Position numbers and translations under genes: made by a program. DNA of 63,162 bases, the filler included, from Trichomonas gallinae (lineage: Eukaryota): the NCBI GenBank assembly GCA_008369845.1. It is 9 parts of 9 records of this genome, joined end to end, with 100 filler letters (N's around TTAATTAATTAA, not from the genome) between each part and the next. Parts side by side here need not be neighbours in the genome. Positions count along the whole stretch, not along the records: positions 5,327 to 20,088 come from MRSU01001594.1; positions 20,189 to 24,369 come from MRSU01001595.1; 7 more parts are not named here. The stretch is one strand, 5' to 3'. Within the stretch, counting starts at the first letter, position 1; each line of letters starts with the position of its first letter. Shown here one piece after another: positions 11,503 through 23,458 of the stretch. Below the pieces are notes generated by a model, which saw only the letters and a list, made by a program, of their open reading frames with translations, ran no database searches and had not been told where the DNA came from.

Positions 11503-12118
11503 AATTGTATGTATTTTTTTTTACAATTCATCAAATATTTGTTTTAATAGCTTCAAAACAAGGCCAATATATATAGTTTTTAATACTGCTTCCTCTTTGC
11601 AAATGCAAGCTATAAAATCAAATTTTCATCGTGATCTACAAAATTTCTCACGATAAATTGATAATTTTCTGATAATTGTGTATGAATTTGATATTGCTAA
11701 TTAAAACGGAGCTATATTTTTGTATAAAATGAATTTTCTCACATTATGTAAATGAAATATGCCAAAATTGTAACGGCAACATATATATATTTAGATATAG
11801 GATGTATTGATTTGAGTTTTGAAGGTTTTTGTCTTGATTTCTCAATATGAAAAATTATTTGTTATTTTGATGCTTATAAGCATTATACTGCTCATCTTAT
11901 AAAATTGTTAATTAAAGGTCTTTTATTTAAATGATATAAAAACAAATTATAATAATAAATTCAGTAATGAATAGGATGAATTCGATACGTAGTGTAAATG
12001 ATGTAAAAACCATAATCAACTTTCGTTCTTAAAACAATATATGAATATATAAAAATAAAGAGCTTCTATAAATAGATGCGAATTAATGATGTAAATATAA
12101 GTATCAGATTATGATAAA

Positions 12119-12397
12119 TTACTTTTCAAGTTCATCTATTTTGGTAAAATATATTCTTATTCGATCGAGGTATTTTTTGTTTTCGAGATCCTGACCGTTA
12201 GTTTTTAAATAGCAAATGTATAGAGTTTGAATAGTATGAGCTAATGTTGTTTTGAACTTAATTTTTTCAAGATCGTTCATAGTGGCCAATGTTTCATCCA
12301 ATGGCTTCGAAAATATTTGATCGAGAATAATTTCGAGTTTGTCGAGTTTGTTTTTGAATTCATTGAGTGTTTGCAAAGTTTCATTCGTTGATGACAT
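12119..12397 (-). CDS. C1D: C1D/Rrp47 (Sas10/Utp3/C1D family) exosome cofactor
   Basis: LEKIKFKTTLAHTIQTLYICYLKTNG...LDRIRIYFTKI matches the family pattern. Confidence 0.82.
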   Translation of the reverse strand: MSSTNETLQTLNEFKNKLDKLEIILDQIFSKPLDETLATMNDLEKIKFKTTLAHTIQTLYICYLKTNGQDLENKKYLDRIRIYFTKIDELEK

Positions 12398-12481
12398 GTA
12401 AAAAGTGTCTTGTAAATAATATAATTGTTATGTAAATTTGAAATATGACATGTAAATAATGCAATTTATCAAAAAAATATT

Positions 12482-13285
12482 ATGACTTCTGAAACTGTTG
12501 ATGTTTGGCGAATGATTCGACTATTAACATCTGATAAAGGTGATACTGATGTTTTAGTTGAGAAATATTTAACCAAGTTAGTCAAACAATTAAGATCTGA
12601 TAATTCTCAATATCATTCTTTTTATCAATTTCTTGAAAAACGAGCTCAAAGCACTTCTTCGCATACAAGATATCTAACATTACAATTAGCTAACTATTTT
12701 TTCATTAGATCTGCACACTTTAGAAAAGAAGTATGCCATTCTTACATGTATGGATTTCTTAATTACTTTTATGATAATTTACCTCCACCCAAAAAGTTCG
12801 TGGATAAAATAGAACAGTACTTTCCTATTATAATACAAATATGGAGTGAAGATTACAAGCATATCTACCCGCAATTAACATATCTTCCTGCTCAGTTCCC
12901 TACGATTAAAAAGAATGATATGACAAAGCAGCAAATAATTAATCTTAACAATGCTAAATTATTATCTCAAAATTATAAAGCGGAATATGTGCCTTTTCTC
13001 AATAAGATTGAAGAATTACTCAAACTCTTAAGTCCTCCTGATGCTGAAGAATATCCACCTTCCGATGAATATTTCCAGATTGTTAAAGATAATTTGATGC
13101 AAGAAAGAAAACCAATGGAAAGATGTCTTGTGGATTTAAATTGGATAACAACACTCACTAAAAGAACGGCTGGTGACACAGAAATACATCATGAAATGAG
13201 CGAATTATATAAGCGCGCTAAATCATTGTCAGATAGTATAATTGGATACAATGACGATGAATTCGAGGAAGTTGAGGTTGTTTGA
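12482..13285 (+). CDS. UVSSA: UVSSA-like protein (N-terminal VHS-like domain only)
   Basis: LLTS...RYLTLQLANYFFIRSAHFR...LPPPKK...W...Y is colinear with UVSSA LTTS...RLSAFQIVEELFVRSHQFR...LPPP...WNEKFG. Confidence 0.68.
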   Translation: MTSETVDVWRMIRLLTSDKGDTDVLVEKYLTKLVKQLRSDNSQYHSFYQFLEKRAQSTSSHTRYLTLQLANYFFIRSAHFRKEVCHSYMYGFLNYFYDNLPPPKKFVDKIEQYFPIIIQIWSEDYKHIYPQLTYLPAQFPTIKKNDMTKQQIINLNNAKLLSQNYKAEYVPFLNKIEELLKLLSPPDAEEYPPSDEYFQIVKDNLMQERKPMERCLVDLNWITTLTKRTAGDTEIHHEMSELYKRAKSLSDSIIGYNDDEFEEVEVV

Positions 13286-13827
13286 AAAAAAAAATATCTT
13301 TTCATAGATTTAATTTTAATGGGTTTTATAAGCATTAAGATAACACATATAATCAATACAAGCAATATATGATATTATTCAACGATTGCTCCATTGATAA
13401 TTGAAAAAATTATTAATTTTAGGAAATATCATCGATAACAATGCAATAATTGATTCATTCCCTATAGAAAAACTATTAGTTACATAAAATTGTGTATGAT
13501 ACTTATACAAAACAAAAAAAAAAAAAAAATATCAAATGGAATTTATACGGTATAACGAGAAATGGTTTCTAAGACATAAAGGAAACCCGTTGTTGGTGAA
13601 CTAAATAGTTGTTTTAAAAATAATGATTTGTTTAAATCTTATTGTTCAAGTTAGTTTTTAATGAATATGTTATTTTTTACTCCCACTTTAATATCTGTCC
13701 GAATCTGAAGTGTTGAACAACGAGGAAGCGATCCATATCGCCATTATATATCTTGAACATACCGTCTGTAAGTTTTGTGAAATGAGTAACATTGCGAAGG
13801 GAATAAAGCATTCTGGAGTGATCAGCG

Positions 13828-13977
13828 AAAGTTGTCAAACTCCTTCTCACAGTTCCCGGAATAGATGTCAATGCAAACATCAATGGCAACCATACAGCTT
13901 TGATTTTAGCTTCAGAATAATGTCATCATGAAGTTGTCAATCTCCTACTCGCTGTTCCTGGAATAGATGGAATTTAA
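13828..13977 (+). pseudogene. Ankyrin-repeat gene relic
   Basis: Translates KVVKLLLTVPGIDVNANINGNHTALILASE*CHHEVVNLLLAVPGID; internal stop and no start codon. Confidence 0.85.
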
Positions 13978-14878
13978 TTTAAACATAATTCCATTGATTC
14001 AACGCAAGATAAGTTGGGCTACATAAATGCCAAATTTCATAATGTAAATTATTCTATTGTTCATTCATTTTTCAATATAGAGTTAATGCAATCATTAAAA
14101 CATGTTAATCACATTGTCAACAACTTTTTCCCCTTGTTATTGTTTCCAAAACAAATGTTTTTATACTCTGTCTATTGAGGAGGTAATTATGGCATAATCT
14201 GTTGCATACAACAATGTAGTCAACTCGTTCAAAATGTACGAAATGAAATATATATTATTATAGTAAACGAGAGCTTTGGATTGTATTATCAATGTATTTA
14301 TATATTGTGATGGATAAATACTATAAAAATCCTATTGAATTCTTATGACTGTTTGTGATATACGCGCTATATTTCATGTCCAACTTATCAGCTTGTCAAT
14401 GTTTTTTCTATAAAATAATCAACGACAATATTAATGCACAACACAATACAGAGCAAACACACACTGATATAAATGCAAATTCAGAGTTGATATTCTGTGT
14501 CAAAAAATATATAGTTTCAAAAGATTCAAAAAATTTATTGGTCGAATGAGAGATAATGGCGGATATTCAAGTATATTGGCTTCTGGTCTGAGGAGTATCT
14601 CTTGAATATAATGATAACCTCGTGCACTTTGATACTAAGGTGTGAACATCATATTGTAGATTTTTTAAAAAATGTAATAAAATCTACTAAATTTCCACAT
14701 AACTTTTCGATGAGTTAAATATTTTTTATATTAAATGTCTTAATATTTGATATTAATGAAGGATTAATTTTTTTTTTTCGGATTTAGACAAAAATTCGAA
14801 GAATATGAGTTGTAATGAACAAGAACAAATGATAAGTTTACATAATAGCAATGAAAAATAAATAAAAAACAAAAAAAA

Positions 14879-15904
14879 TTATTGGAGATTCTCTATAAGA
14901 TCCTCATATTCTTCTCGTGACTGGATAGAGAAGTCTTGCATCATCTTTGTAAGCTGATCTACTAATATAATCGTTTCCCTAGTTACTTGTCTTTCATTCT
15001 CAACTTCTTTCATCTTATCTGCTAACTCTTTGTATTCATTACTTCGACTACGGAGCTCTGCTAAACCAGTTTCGTGTGCCTTTTTGATTAATTGAATTTG
15101 TCTCGAAAATTCAAACGAATTCTTAGATAACTCACCGAAATCCCTTATAGGATTCTTATAAAACTCATCGGCAAGTGCTTCGGCCAGTTCGTTGCAACCT
15201 TTCGAAAGAATTTCAATATTCGGCGGTTTAGGACTAGCTGGCGGAGATGATGGCGCTGAATTAGAAAGATCTGCTATTAGTTGATCGACTTCTTGTGATA
15301 ATAACCTTGCTGTTGAAATTTTCGGTGATGGAAGATTTAACCTCGAAAACATTGTATTTATGTTGTTAAATGTTGCAGGCTTGACACTTGTACACTTTTC
15401 ACTCAAGTTTTGAAAGACTTTCTGCATTGTTTTAATTAACGTTTCTCGAATCTGATTTTCTTCGAGTAATTGCTTCTCGTAATTGGCAACTTGGAACTCC
15501 AACTGATGAATTCTTTTCTGTTCTGGAGTTAATTCAGCAGTAAACATAATTTTTCCATCTTGCTTCTTAAAAGAAGACAAAGAAGAAGATGATTTGATTC
15601 CACCTAGCTTGCCAGAGCTTGATGCAGGCGGAGTTTTAGACACTGGAGAGCCAATCATTGATTGACTCCAATCACTTACTCTGTCTTGTGTTGGAAATAT
15701 TTCATCTGTTGACTTTCTTCTAGTAATCGGTTCTCTCGGGGAATCAGGGTTATAATCTGGTCGAAATCTTAAGCCTCTTGGTGTATGCGGTCTTGAATCT
15801 GTGGGTGATTGCCTACTTATTCTATCAGACTCCTGCATATCGGTTTCACTTTCTACCTTATCAAGCATCTCCAATAATGACTGTGATTTGCTCGATAGCG
15901 CCAT
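14879..15904 (-). CDS. Hypothetical protein, Ser/Pro-rich N-terminus plus coiled coils
   Basis: 341-aa ORF. Confidence 0.8.
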   Translation of the reverse strand: MALSSKSQSLLEMLDKVESETDMQESDRISRQSPTDSRPHTPRGLRFRPDYNPDSPREPITRRKSTDEIFPTQDRVSDWSQSMIGSPVSKTPPASSSGKLGGIKSSSSLSSFKKQDGKIMFTAELTPEQKRIHQLEFQVANYEKQLLEENQIRETLIKTMQKVFQNLSEKCTSVKPATFNNINTMFSRLNLPSPKISTARLLSQEVDQLIADLSNSAPSSPPASPKPPNIEILSKGCNELAEALADEFYKNPIRDFGELSKNSFEFSRQIQLIKKAHETGLAELRSRSNEYKELADKMKEVENERQVTRETIILVDQLTKMMQDFSIQSREEYEDLIENLQ

Positions 15905-16746
15905 TAATTTCTGTTTTTATCGATAAAAAATAATTTTATTATATTGTAAACCTTTTTATCGACCAAATTTTTTGTTTTTATTTTGGATTTATGACTTCTA
16001 TAATGTTTTAGGCATATTTCTGAATTCAAAAAAGTTACAACGAATAATAAGGTTAATTACAACGATTTGTAAAATAACCAAAAAGTGAATTTATTTGCAA
16101 AAATTCCATGTTTCTTGGTATATTCACATTCTCAAATTTTGATATTAGGGATAGAAATGTTTTTGACAGCAAGGAAAATTTATTGTCACTTTTATGATAA
16201 AATCAGTCACTTTTTCTCCAAAAGGAGAATAATAATTCAATAAAAGGAAAGGACTATTTTTGACCGAACAAAAGTGACCATTTTTTTGCAACGTTTTTTC
16301 CCACAACTTTTGAATGAACTTTTTTTCACATTTTTCAAAAGCTGAAAATACGAAACCGAGAACATTCCGTATAGACACGACATGCGCCCACGGGCAGGGT
16401 TCCAGTGTAGATCAAGATGATGTCTTTTTGAAGAAATTCACTAAAAAATTATGACAAAAAATGTTCTGACATGTATATTTTTTTTTCCCTCATAAATTTC
16501 TTTTTTAACAATTTTCAACATGCATAACCTTTATTATTATAGATTTTGTTATTTTTTTGCCTGATTTATTGTTAATCACCGCAATTGAGCAAAAAAGATC
16601 ACCAATTTTTAGATATATGTGTTAAGAACCCCCTCTTTCGCTAGAATTTACAATGATGGAAACGAAAAATCAAGATAAAATCAAGAAAAAATAAATTTCT
16701 GATTTTTTTGCGGTTTTTTCGTATTCTATTATATATATATATATTC

Positions 16747-18855
16747 ATGAGCTGGAGATACAGTGGGCAAACATTATCGAACATCACGCAGCTATTGTCT
16801 AAACCGGACACAACTGTCGAGATGATACTCGACGAGCCTGCTCTTTCGACAGCTTTGAGAAATAATCTTCAAGCACTTAATGCATTTTTCATTGATAATC
16901 CCGAAAACAACGCACACTTGATAGATCTAGCGTTAACAGATATAGTTCCTAATACTCGACTCCCAGCAAAAACAATTCGCTGCGCTGTTCAAGTTTTAAC
17001 ATCTTCATCCACGATTATTAATAAAAATGATTTATTATACGAGCGACTCATCGATTTCCCAAATACAGAGTACGCACATAAACAGAAATGCTGTGCACAT
17101 TACTGCCAAATTATCGAAAATATCGCAAGATTTAATTCCGGTCAGTCTCTGTCAAGAATCACTACACTCAGGGACTTCTTAATGAAGAGAATGTCAAATG
17201 TTGCTCTTTGTGAGCTCTTTGTCGTCCTTGCTACGGACCATCATGATAATTGGCAAGTCAAAGATACAACTATCAACGAAATGATCTCCGATCCAAACTC
17301 ACCGGATAATTTCTACTATATCAGAGCTATTGACAACATGACAAAGACAAAACAGAAAGTTAATAGAATGTTATTCCGCTGCATCTGCAATTTAGAGACT
17401 GTTAAGAGGCTCATTGCTATTGCTAAGAATGACAATCTTAGACCAATCATTTGCGTTGAGACCTTTATGCTTCTCGAAAGAATAATAAACGAAATGTCAC
17501 CAAATGACGAACTTAAGAATATAATCGAAACAGAAGCTGCTTCATACAACTTTGCACTCGAGAGACCCGAATCAGTAACTGCCGCGGCTCTCCGTGTATT
17601 CATTACAAAAGATGACTCTGTAATCCTCAAAATTTTCGCCAATACTGGCACATATTTCCGCAAGGGTGTCATACGCTCACTTACGAACATGCCACAGGCA
17701 GATTTAATGGCCATATTCCAACGCACAGATTTAGTTAAATTATTTATGACAGAGTTCCCAAAGAGCATCCACAACTCACACCTCATCCCTCTTGGCGAGC
17801 TTATCAACAGCAATGCCGCAGAAACAGAGGGCTGGAGCGATTTTTACGCAAATACATTTAAGACGCGCGCAGATAAGATCTCCTGCCAATTCGGCGGTGA
17901 GAGGCCACCATCCATGATGTCAGATAACGAAGAAGATGAGGATGACTCAGACGGTTTCGCTGCCACTCAGCCAGCTTGCGAAGACGTTGATACAGAACAA
18001 CTCTTCTCTTCCTCTGATTCATCATCAGACTCAGATGGAGAAGATGGATTCATTCCAAAGCTGCCAAAGAATTTGTCATCGTCAGATGATTCTGACTCTG
18101 ACTCGGATTCTGATGGAGATGATCTCAGATTTAAGCTAAAAGGTGACAGTGCTCTAAAAAGTGACAGCGACGACTCGGATGATGTTTTCGGATTGTCTAA
18201 ACCTAAGCCAAGCCTTTCGCTCAACCAAGGATCGGACTCAGACTCATCCAGTGATTCAGATGATCTCACAGCCAAGCCAGGTATTCAAGGTCTCCCACCA
18301 TTCCCGGGCACATCAATGGCTCCGCCTGTTCTTCCTAACCCTGTTCTCCCTGAGAGCACGGAGTTGCCGCAGCTGCCAACAGACAAAGTCAGCAGCGGGC
18401 TCCCGCCGTTCCCAGGACTCCCTGCTTTCCCGAAGGCAGTCGAGTCATCTGACTCTGATTCGGACGATATGCCAATAAGAAAGACACCAGGTGAAGTGAA
18501 AGTTCCTCCACCTTTCCCAGGCAGTGAGGCTAAAGTCACACTGCCGCCATTCCCTATGCCATCGCAAGGAAGAATCGATCGCAAGGATTCGCTTGGTGAA
18601 CTGCCGCAATTCGGCAACGATAAGGAAATAGATCTTCCTCCATTCCCGAAGGCGGAAAATTCATTAGAAATACCATCAGCGGCGCAGGATTTGCCACCAA
18701 TACCAAACTCTGTTTCTTTCGAGCTCCCACAAGGTGGAATAGTTGATATCCCGGCGCTGAAAAGTGATGACGAGGATGATAAGGCTGAGATCCCGAGCTT
18801 GTCGGAGCCGCTCGCCACCACCGTTGACGAACCTGCTAAGGAGGGAACTCAATAA
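16747..18855 (+). CDS. SAPS (SIT4/PP6 regulatory subunit)-like protein with Ser/Asp-rich and Pro-rich tail
   Basis: True start is probably ATG 16747. MSWRY...ITQLLSKPDTTVEMILDE resembles the SAPS N-terminus MFWKF...LDTLLE...LLDE. SDSD tracts and repeated LPPFP follow. Confidence 0.7.
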   Translation: MSWRYSGQTLSNITQLLSKPDTTVEMILDEPALSTALRNNLQALNAFFIDNPENNAHLIDLALTDIVPNTRLPAKTIRCAVQVLTSSSTIINKNDLLYERLIDFPNTEYAHKQKCCAHYCQIIENIARFNSGQSLSRITTLRDFLMKRMSNVALCELFVVLATDHHDNWQVKDTTINEMISDPNSPDNFYYIRAIDNMTKTKQKVNRMLFRCICNLETVKRLIAIAKNDNLRPIICVETFMLLERIINEMSPNDELKNIIETEAASYNFALERPESVTAAALRVFITKDDSVILKIFANTGTYFRKGVIRSLTNMPQADLMAIFQRTDLVKLFMTEFPKSIHNSHLIPLGELINSNAAETEGWSDFYANTFKTRADKISCQFGGERPPSMMSDNEEDEDDSDGFAATQPACEDVDTEQLFSSSDSSSDSDGEDGFIPKLPKNLSSSDDSDSDSDSDGDDLRFKLKGDSALKSDSDDSDDVFGLSKPKPSLSLNQGSDSDSSSDSDDLTAKPGIQGLPPFPGTSMAPPVLPNPVLPESTELPQLPTDKVSSGLPPFPGLPAFPKAVESSDSDSDDMPIRKTPGEVKVPPPFPGSEAKVTLPPFPMPSQGRIDRKDSLGELPQFGNDKEIDLPPFPKAENSLEIPSAAQDLPPIPNSVSFELPQGGIVDIPALKSDDEDDKAEIPSLSEPLATTVDEPAKEGTQ

Positions 18856-19186
18856 GAAAAAAATTATTCATCGGAGTAGCTGTCTAAATTATAATTTTTT
18901 ATTACATTAGTGTAAAAATCATCATTTTAATATTTTAACTATTCAAGTCACTCTAAACAATTATAAACTCCAATGAAAATAATTTCGAAACTGATTCAAT
19001 TTGAAAAATTATATAAAATTATTTTTTTGCCAAAATCCAAAATATGCTGAAATGTCACGTAAACGAACATTACATTTCTTTAGATCTAAATGAATTTGCT
19101 GAATATAATTTTTATAATGATAAAATAAACATTAATAAGAGGTATAAAACATAGTAAATTTGTATGAAACACGTAAACATATTGCA

Positions 19187-19597
19187 TTAGTCACCGAAAA
19201 CAGAGGATTTAACCTTTCCTGTAAGAATAACGTATACAATGAAACCAATAATAACAGCAATATCGCCTCCTAATTGCATTAAAAAGCACGTAAGGTTAAT
19301 GGTCGTACAATGATAGAACACGGAACAAAGTCCTATTGCTGAGCATTGGAATACCATAATGAACCAGAGTGTGGAATCAACTGTAAAAATATGCTCAATG
19401 CACGATTTTTCATCATTCCATGAATCTTCTTCGACTAATTTGTGTGTAAATATAATAGCAAAAATGATTGCAATAATCTGCAGTAATATTCCGAAAAGTG
19501 CCCACCAATTATTTGTGATTGCACAGCCAGCTATATATAGAACAATGGAAATTGTTCCAAAAACCGCAAGAACAATGTACGGAACTGCTGGAATCAT
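19187..19597 (-). CDS. VPS55: Vps55/LEPROT family endosomal membrane protein
   Basis: Four TM helices; LYIAGCAITNNWWAL matches the LxGCALxxxWWP signature. ATG 19597 preferred over GTG 19630. Confidence 0.8.
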   Translation of the reverse strand: MIPAVPYIVLAVFGTISIVLYIAGCAITNNWWALFGILLQIIAIIFAIIFTHKLVEEDSWNDEKSCIEHIFTVDSTLWFIMVFQCSAIGLCSVFYHCTTINLTCFLMQLGGDIAVIIGFIVYVILTGKVKSSVFGD

Positions 19598-20007
19598 CGA
19601 TGTTAAATATGATATTACTGAAAAGTACACCGGAATTGAAAAATCAAAAATTTCTCTATAAAATAATTATACACTTTCTTCTGAATCCATATTTAACAAT
19701 TTCGCAATGATTAATTTTTTCTTCCAAAATTAAAAAAAGAGTTACAATATTGGACATATTATCAGTATTTAGCCAGATATTCTACTAGATCTACTGGCCC
19801 TTTATTTATATTACTCTTAACTCTATTCAATATATCGCTCTCATCAGTCTTTTGATTTCGATAAATCCACCGGATGCAAAATTTTAAGGTTTTTGTCAAT
19901 TAACGAAAATTTCGGTCAAATTTTATTTACATGTCAAATTATTTTTATTTCTTGACAAATAACGAACATTTCAGTCAATTTTTATTTACATGTCAGATGA
20001 TTTCAAA

Positions 20008-20067
20008 AATAAAAAATATACGCCACTTTTTGAGCTTCGCTCAAAAAGTGGCTGTATATTTTTATTC
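20008..20067. repeat. Long near-perfect palindrome/hairpin
   Basis: AATAAAAAATATAC-GCCACTTTTTGAGC-TTC-GCTCAAAAAGTGGC-T-GTATATTTTTTATT: 14 bp + 14 bp stems with a single bulge. Confidence 0.9.
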
Positions 20068-20188
20068 TTGCGCCTTCAATTTTGAATCNNNNNNNNNNNN
20101 NNNNNNNNNNNNNNNNNNNNNNNNNNNNNNNNTTAATTAATTAANNNNNNNNNNNNNNNNNNNNNNNNNNNNNNNNNNNNNNNNNNNN

Positions 20189-20878
20189 ATTGAATTTGTT
20201 CTCCTGACATATGTTATCGATCTTTTCTTCAAGATTTCGAAACCGTTTCGCGTATCTAGAATATTGTTCTTGTTGTTCAAGTCTTGTTGTAGTATCGAAC
20301 TTATCGAACATTGCTTGAAGCTCTCCTTTCAGAATATCAATATCTTCATTATCTTTCTTAGATTTATGTGATTTTTTGTGTCGTATTGGAGTTGACTTTG
20401 TTAACCTGTTGACATCAGCTTGGTGATCTTTAGAAATGTGTTTGTGAACATAATTTTGCGTGTAATAAGCTTTTGGACAAAATGGACATTGAAAAATAGT
20501 TTTTGGTAGGTTTTGCGTCTTTGCTTTTTCTTGCATGTTAATTTTTTGACTTTGTTGTAGTTCTAGTTTCGTTTTCCTTGCTTCTTGTGTTTTTTCGTTG
20601 AAAGATTTTCGTAAATAATTATTTTCATCGACTAATTCAGCGACAGAAACTTGTAATATTTGGAAATATTTGAGAATTAAGTCTGGTGGACAATATGATG
20701 GGTCTTTGAAGAGAGCATTTGCGTCCAAAAAGTTTTTCACAATTTGCTTCATGGTTTTCCGGTCATTTGTGACTTTCAAAACCATAGGATCGATATTGTC
20801 TATTAAATTCCAGTCCACTGAGTGTATTTTCTTGAAATTTGCTGGAGTGCTTTTCGCTAATTTTTGATTTTCATTCAT
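20189..20878 (-). CDS. DZIP1: DZIP1/Iguana-like basal-body protein (Dzip N-terminal domain, coiled coil, C2H2 finger), 3'-truncated
   Basis: VDWNLIDNIDP...D...LKYFQILQVSV, followed by FQCPFCPKAYYTQNYVHKHISKDH. Confidence 0.78.
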
Positions 20879-23113
20879 ATTTAAAGACGTTAATAAAGAA
20901 AAGTGACAAATTTTTTTTGCTTAAATTTGTGATTTTTTAAAAAACAAGATGTAGACACTCGTATTCCCAGTAGAATCCTTCCAAATTAAGGATTTATATA
21001 CAGTATATCCACAATAGTTATATACTAGAAAAGCTCAAAAAGTTATAAGAGATTCATGGAGTTAATAACAATATATATTTCTAAAATTATTATAGAATAA
21101 AAAGAAAAAAAAAAGACATGACAAAAAGGAAGTCAAAAGTGAATTTGTCGCAAAAGTTTGCTCTCGCGGTGGGCAAATTAGATGCTTTCTGTGGCCCATG
21201 TTTTGGCAAAAGAGAGTGATCTCAAAAGCTTATTATTCCAACAAAAAAAAAAAAAAAAATAAAAAAACTTGTTCAATTGCATATTAATACATTTACTAAA
21301 TAACATAGCTAATCGAGTTATAGAGGTAATAGATTCGAAATATTAGCAAATCAAGCGTTTTTATTGTTTCATTTGAAATCCTCACCAAGTAATAAGTTCA
21401 AAAACTCTAGTGCAAAAGTGACTACGTAGAAAACAACAATCTTATATTTTGACTCATAATCTTTTTTTTTTAACATTTTTTAAAAATTTATATGAATATG
21501 TTATATCATCTTGTTAGACATATTAGTTCAATTATTATCACATTTTTTGTTTTTTTTCACGATTCATTCAACGTACTACAATTGTTTTGTATGCAATCCT
21601 CTCCAAAGACTTAATTTCCAAATTTTAACATAACTTCATTATGATTCTGAGTTACAGCAACCAGCTCGATCTGTAATACTTGTTTTCTACGTTATTTTTA
21701 ATTTTACTTAGATGGTTTAACATGTTTTTTATTCGTGAGCCTCTTCTAGCATATTGTTTGAACAAAAACAAAATAATTTTTTTTTTTCAGGCCATAACTT
21801 GAATTGTGATGAAAATCCATTAAATATTTGTCTAGCAAATACACTAATGTATTCATATATTCAAGAGAATTATTCCCATTCAGGACGACGATGACGATAG
21901 ATCGTTATAAGTCAAGATAGATTTAACGCAAACAATTGTACATCTTTTAATTATTGCTACAATTAGAGCAATTTATATTTCAGAAGGTACTCTACAAAAT
22001 AAAAAATGCTGGAATGATAATGTATTAACGATAAATACATATATAATTGTTTGACAATTAACAGTCAAAAAAAGCTTTCCATTTTGAAGCACAAATTTAA
22101 ACTATCAAACGCAATATATTATTGTAATGACTTATCTGATGCAATTCCAAAAAAATCATCTATACATTCAAAAAAAAAAAATTATAATTCTTTTACAAAT
22201 GAAGGATTTGATAATATTTGCATAATGTTTGTCACTTTTTAAGGCGAGTTCAGCAAGCTATAAAAAATGTACATTTCAGTTTGCTAGAATTTTAACATTA
22301 GGTAACGGTTTTTCCTCTCAAAAAGAAACCATATCAAAATGAACAAAATTTCAATAGACTCAACAAACTTTTGTCAAGTGAAGGCTAGGGTTACTCTCAG
22401 ATCAATCTATAATAGAGCAATCTATCAATCTAAATTTCAATCGAAATCATTGACTACCATCCATTCTCAGGCAAAAAAAAAAATATTTTTCTTAAATTTT
22501 AAAAAAAAGGAAGCGAAAAATCCAAGTGCGGAAATTTTTATCTTGAAAACAAATTAGATAACACATGTACTAACCTTGAGAAATAGGAATTTTATACTTT
22601 GATGCCAACAATCATTAATTTCAAAAAATGATTTTTTTGCTTGAGGAAAAAATTATTTTATGTTGCGCTATTCCTCAACTAGAATCATTGCATAGGCTTT
22701 TGATAATATTTTGTGGTGGTTCTATATTTTCTTTGATTTCCCGAAATTTCGAAAAAAAAGTTTGACCTCAAGTTTGAAATTGTTTTCCTTGTGTGTAGTG
22801 TACAAAGAGCGTTTTTGCATGGTTTACGCATTATTTTGGTGTTGACGACAATTTTTGACAATTTGTTTGAGTAAAATGATATTAAAACAAAAAAATCATT
22901 ATAGTCATATTTTATATCCAGAATATTTACTCTGATTTAATTCTCAAAATTGAAAGAAAGCTGCACGTTGATTACTCTCAAAAATTAAGTCTATCGATTA
23001 ATTAAAAAAACACCGAGATTGGCCAAATATATTAATGCTTATCATGATTATTTGAAATGAAATCACTTGAAAACAAAATTCAGTTAATTTTACAATTTCT
23101 TTTTAGGCCTGCC

Positions 23114-23458
23114 ATGAGTAGATCTTTTCTTAGGTTCGTTGTTGTAGATAAAGCCACACTTGAAGAGAGAATCTATGAATGCGATGATAGGGGGCTTCCA
23201 AGACAAAAAAGAATGCAAAGGAGGAAAAAGCAAGAAATGATACAGGCGATTGAAAACAACAACAAATCTGTCGAAGACAATATTGAAGTTATAGAACCAA
23301 ACTTTGAACCAGATCCTACAAAATCAGCGGAGTCAATGTTCTCGGATAATTTTATGGATCATTTTTTTGCAAGTCTTGCAGCAGAAACTGTAAGCGAGTT
23401 CGATAACTTCTTCGATATTGTAAAAACGGATAAATTAACACACTGCACTCAGCATTAA
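23114..23458 (+). CDS. Small hypothetical protein, basic N-terminal half and acidic/Phe-rich C-terminal half
   Basis: Coding-like composition from ATG 23114 (MSRSFLRFVVVDK); an upstream in-frame ATG at 23057 is possible. Confidence 0.65.
   Translation: MSRSFLRFVVVDKATLEERIYECDDRGLPRQKRMQRRKKQEMIQAIENNNKSVEDNIEVIEPNFEPDPTKSAESMFSDNFMDHFFASLAAETVSEFDNFFDIVKTDKLTHCTQH

Noticed and set aside
16360..16420. GC-rich patch with GCCCACGGGC mini-palindrome
   Set aside because: Too short, with no CTRR terminus, TIR or TSD to support a Helitron or MITE call.
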